Part shown: positions 62,076-64,000 of the stretch, piece by piece | How positions within the stretch are numbered: position 1 is the first letter of the stretch | Layout of the letters: every line of letters begins with the position of its first letter | Origin: Octopus vulgaris | Lineage: Eukaryota | Direction of reading: 5' to 3' | Assembly: GCA_951406725.2 (NCBI GenBank) | Contig: OX597830.1 | Span: forward strand, 22,444,001-22,508,000 | Length of the DNA: 64,000 nt | Made by a program: the position numbers and the translations under genes | The notes under the pieces: generated by a model | Seen by the model: the letters and a program-made list of their open reading frames with translations, nothing else | Databases searched by the model: none | What the model was told of the DNA's origin: nothing

Positions 62076-64000
62076 TTCTTCACATCTCTGTAACTTAGGT
62101 GGTTTGGCAAAAGGGACCAGTAGAATAAGGAGCTGACTTTAAAAAAAAAAAAAACAGTGTGATCAATTTATTCAACCAAAAACCTTTCAAGGAGGTACTC
62201 CAGCATGGTCACAGTTCAATGGCTGAAATAAGTAGCCCCTGCTGGGGCACTACCTTGAAGTATTTTTAGTTGAATGAATCACCCTCAGTACTTTTTTTTT
62301 TTTTTAATGCTTGAGCATATTTTATTGGGTTCTTTTTGACGAACTGCTAAGTTATGGGGGAATAAACACACCAACACTGGTTGTCAAGCAGTGGAGGTAG
62401 GTGGGACACACACACACACAGATATATAGGTATATATGACAGGTTATTTGTTGAAATTATGTGATTATTAGCCCCACGTCATCAATGATCAAGCAGGTGC
62501 AATCAAGGGTGTTCCAGCTATGACCATCCATCCTTTATTCAGACAATATGTCTAAGATTATTATTATCTGATGTCTTTTGATTCCTATTTTATTCAGCTG
62601 GACCCCTCATAGCCGATTGATGTTGAAAATAAAATCACGTTTTTTATAATTAAAATGTTATTAGGAATTGTATTAAAAGGTTTTTGAAATATTTTGTATT
62701 TTGTAAAAGTATAACCAGTAAAATCTTACATGGACCCTGGTTGAGAACCACTGATTTAAAGGGCCCCTGGTTGTTGAAATTATTGTTGTGATTATTTAGG
62801 TCTAGTTCAGCAATGGTCAAGTAATCCAGCCATGATTAGCTGGTCCTTTATTTAGATTATAAAAACAGTAGTGCAATTTAAGGGAGATTTGACTATTATT
62901 TCTATCAAATAATTATACAGGGGCCCTGTAGTAATCATATTAAAATTAATTATAGTAAACTGGTTATGTGGAATTTACACCCATAATTATTTAGAAATTG
63001 TTGCATATTATGAAGGAATGTACATGAAAGTTAATTTATTACTTGGCGTCAATTTTGTTGTTCATTTCTCCCTGTACAGATTGTTTCATTTAATTCTTGA
63101 TATAAATATCAAGAATTATATCAAAGACCAGGATGTTTTGCAGTTGTTTAGCATTCTTGTCTCTCTCTTTCTACCTCCCTCACACATATACACACACACA
63201 CACATTGGGCTTCAACAATGTTTTTCTATCTGCCAAATTCACTCACAAAGCACTGGTTGGTCTGGGGCTACAGTAGAAAATACTTGTGCCCAGGTCCCAT
63301 GCAGTGGGATTGAACCTGAAACCACATCGTTGCAAAGTGAGTTGTTTTTTTTTTTTAGCCACACTGCCATGCCTATTCATTTAAATCTTATATTCAAACA
63401 GTGTCGTAATCTCAGAAAGGAAACGTTTGTATCCAATTAGTTCGGCAAGCTCGATTTCTCGGGGAAATATATCCACAACAGCAGCAAAATCTGATGGGGG
63501 GAAATATTTGAGGATGCAGTATAGTGATAGTGGTGATAGTAGTAGTAGTATATGTAATAGTAGTAGCAGCAGCAGCTGTAGTAGTTTTTAGGAAATAAAA
63601 GAGAGATTTTAGTTTGAAATTCTTCCAAGCGTTTTCAGATGTTTAGAAATTTTACTTTAGATTAATAATTTAGTTTTAAATTCTGTTTAATGTTTGTGGA
63701 ATGTCTGAAATTTGCTTGTTTCCCCAGTTTGGCATTGATTCAAAGTGCACAGTTTTAAGACGAGATAAAATTGTCAGGTTTATAATTTAGGATGTAATCT
63801 TATAGAGATCTCAGCAGAGCTAAGTTGTCAGGGAATTGAGCTTACTGCTTCAGAAGCTTCAATACTATCTTATCATTTCCATTTACTAGATATCTCTGAA
63901 GAGTACATTGATCATTTGGCAAACCAAGAAGATACTTTTTAATTCATTGGTAAAGCTACTTCCATTGAGATTGCTTAATCCTTTCAATAGTATCTGTTCT

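Noticed and set aside
61814-62110. His/Asn/Tyr/Gln, poly-Thr or poly-Val repeat ORFs; CRISPR-like periodicity
   Set aside because: Simple 15-bp tandem repeat without unique spacers. It is open in several frames because of low complexity.
63091-63118. 13-bp-arm AT-rich palindrome TAATTCTTGATAT-AA-ATATCAAGAATTA
   Set aside because: Isolated and AT-rich, with no associated element; compatible with a local template-switch event.

Overview
Repeat-dense, AT-rich animal genomic DNA. The SINE/MITE families look like those of octopus (coleoid cephalopod); this is recalled recognition, not a search result. Two spliced genes lie head-to-head. On the minus strand are four coding exons of methionine synthase reductase (MTRR; 9970-9824, 5934-5784, 4898-4781, 1371-879, continuing left of the window). 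On the plus strand is the first coding exon of an LMBR1/LMBR1L (Lilipod-like) gene (26887-26955); I found no second exon in the following 37 kb. The rest is intronic or intergenic: tRNA-derived SINEs (several with clear target-site duplications, TSDs), piggyBac/hAT/pogo-type MITEs, two mariner relics, a deleted Ty3/Gypsy element with both LTRs, RTE-type LINE fragments, Helitron pieces and microsatellites. The most interesting unexplained signals are (i) at least six minimal type-I hammerhead-ribozyme-like motifs from about four repeat families, all partly decayed, one linked to a Pol III B-box, and (ii) three tightly packed uORFs at the LMBR1-like start codon. Most ORF-track entries are repeat-derived noise.
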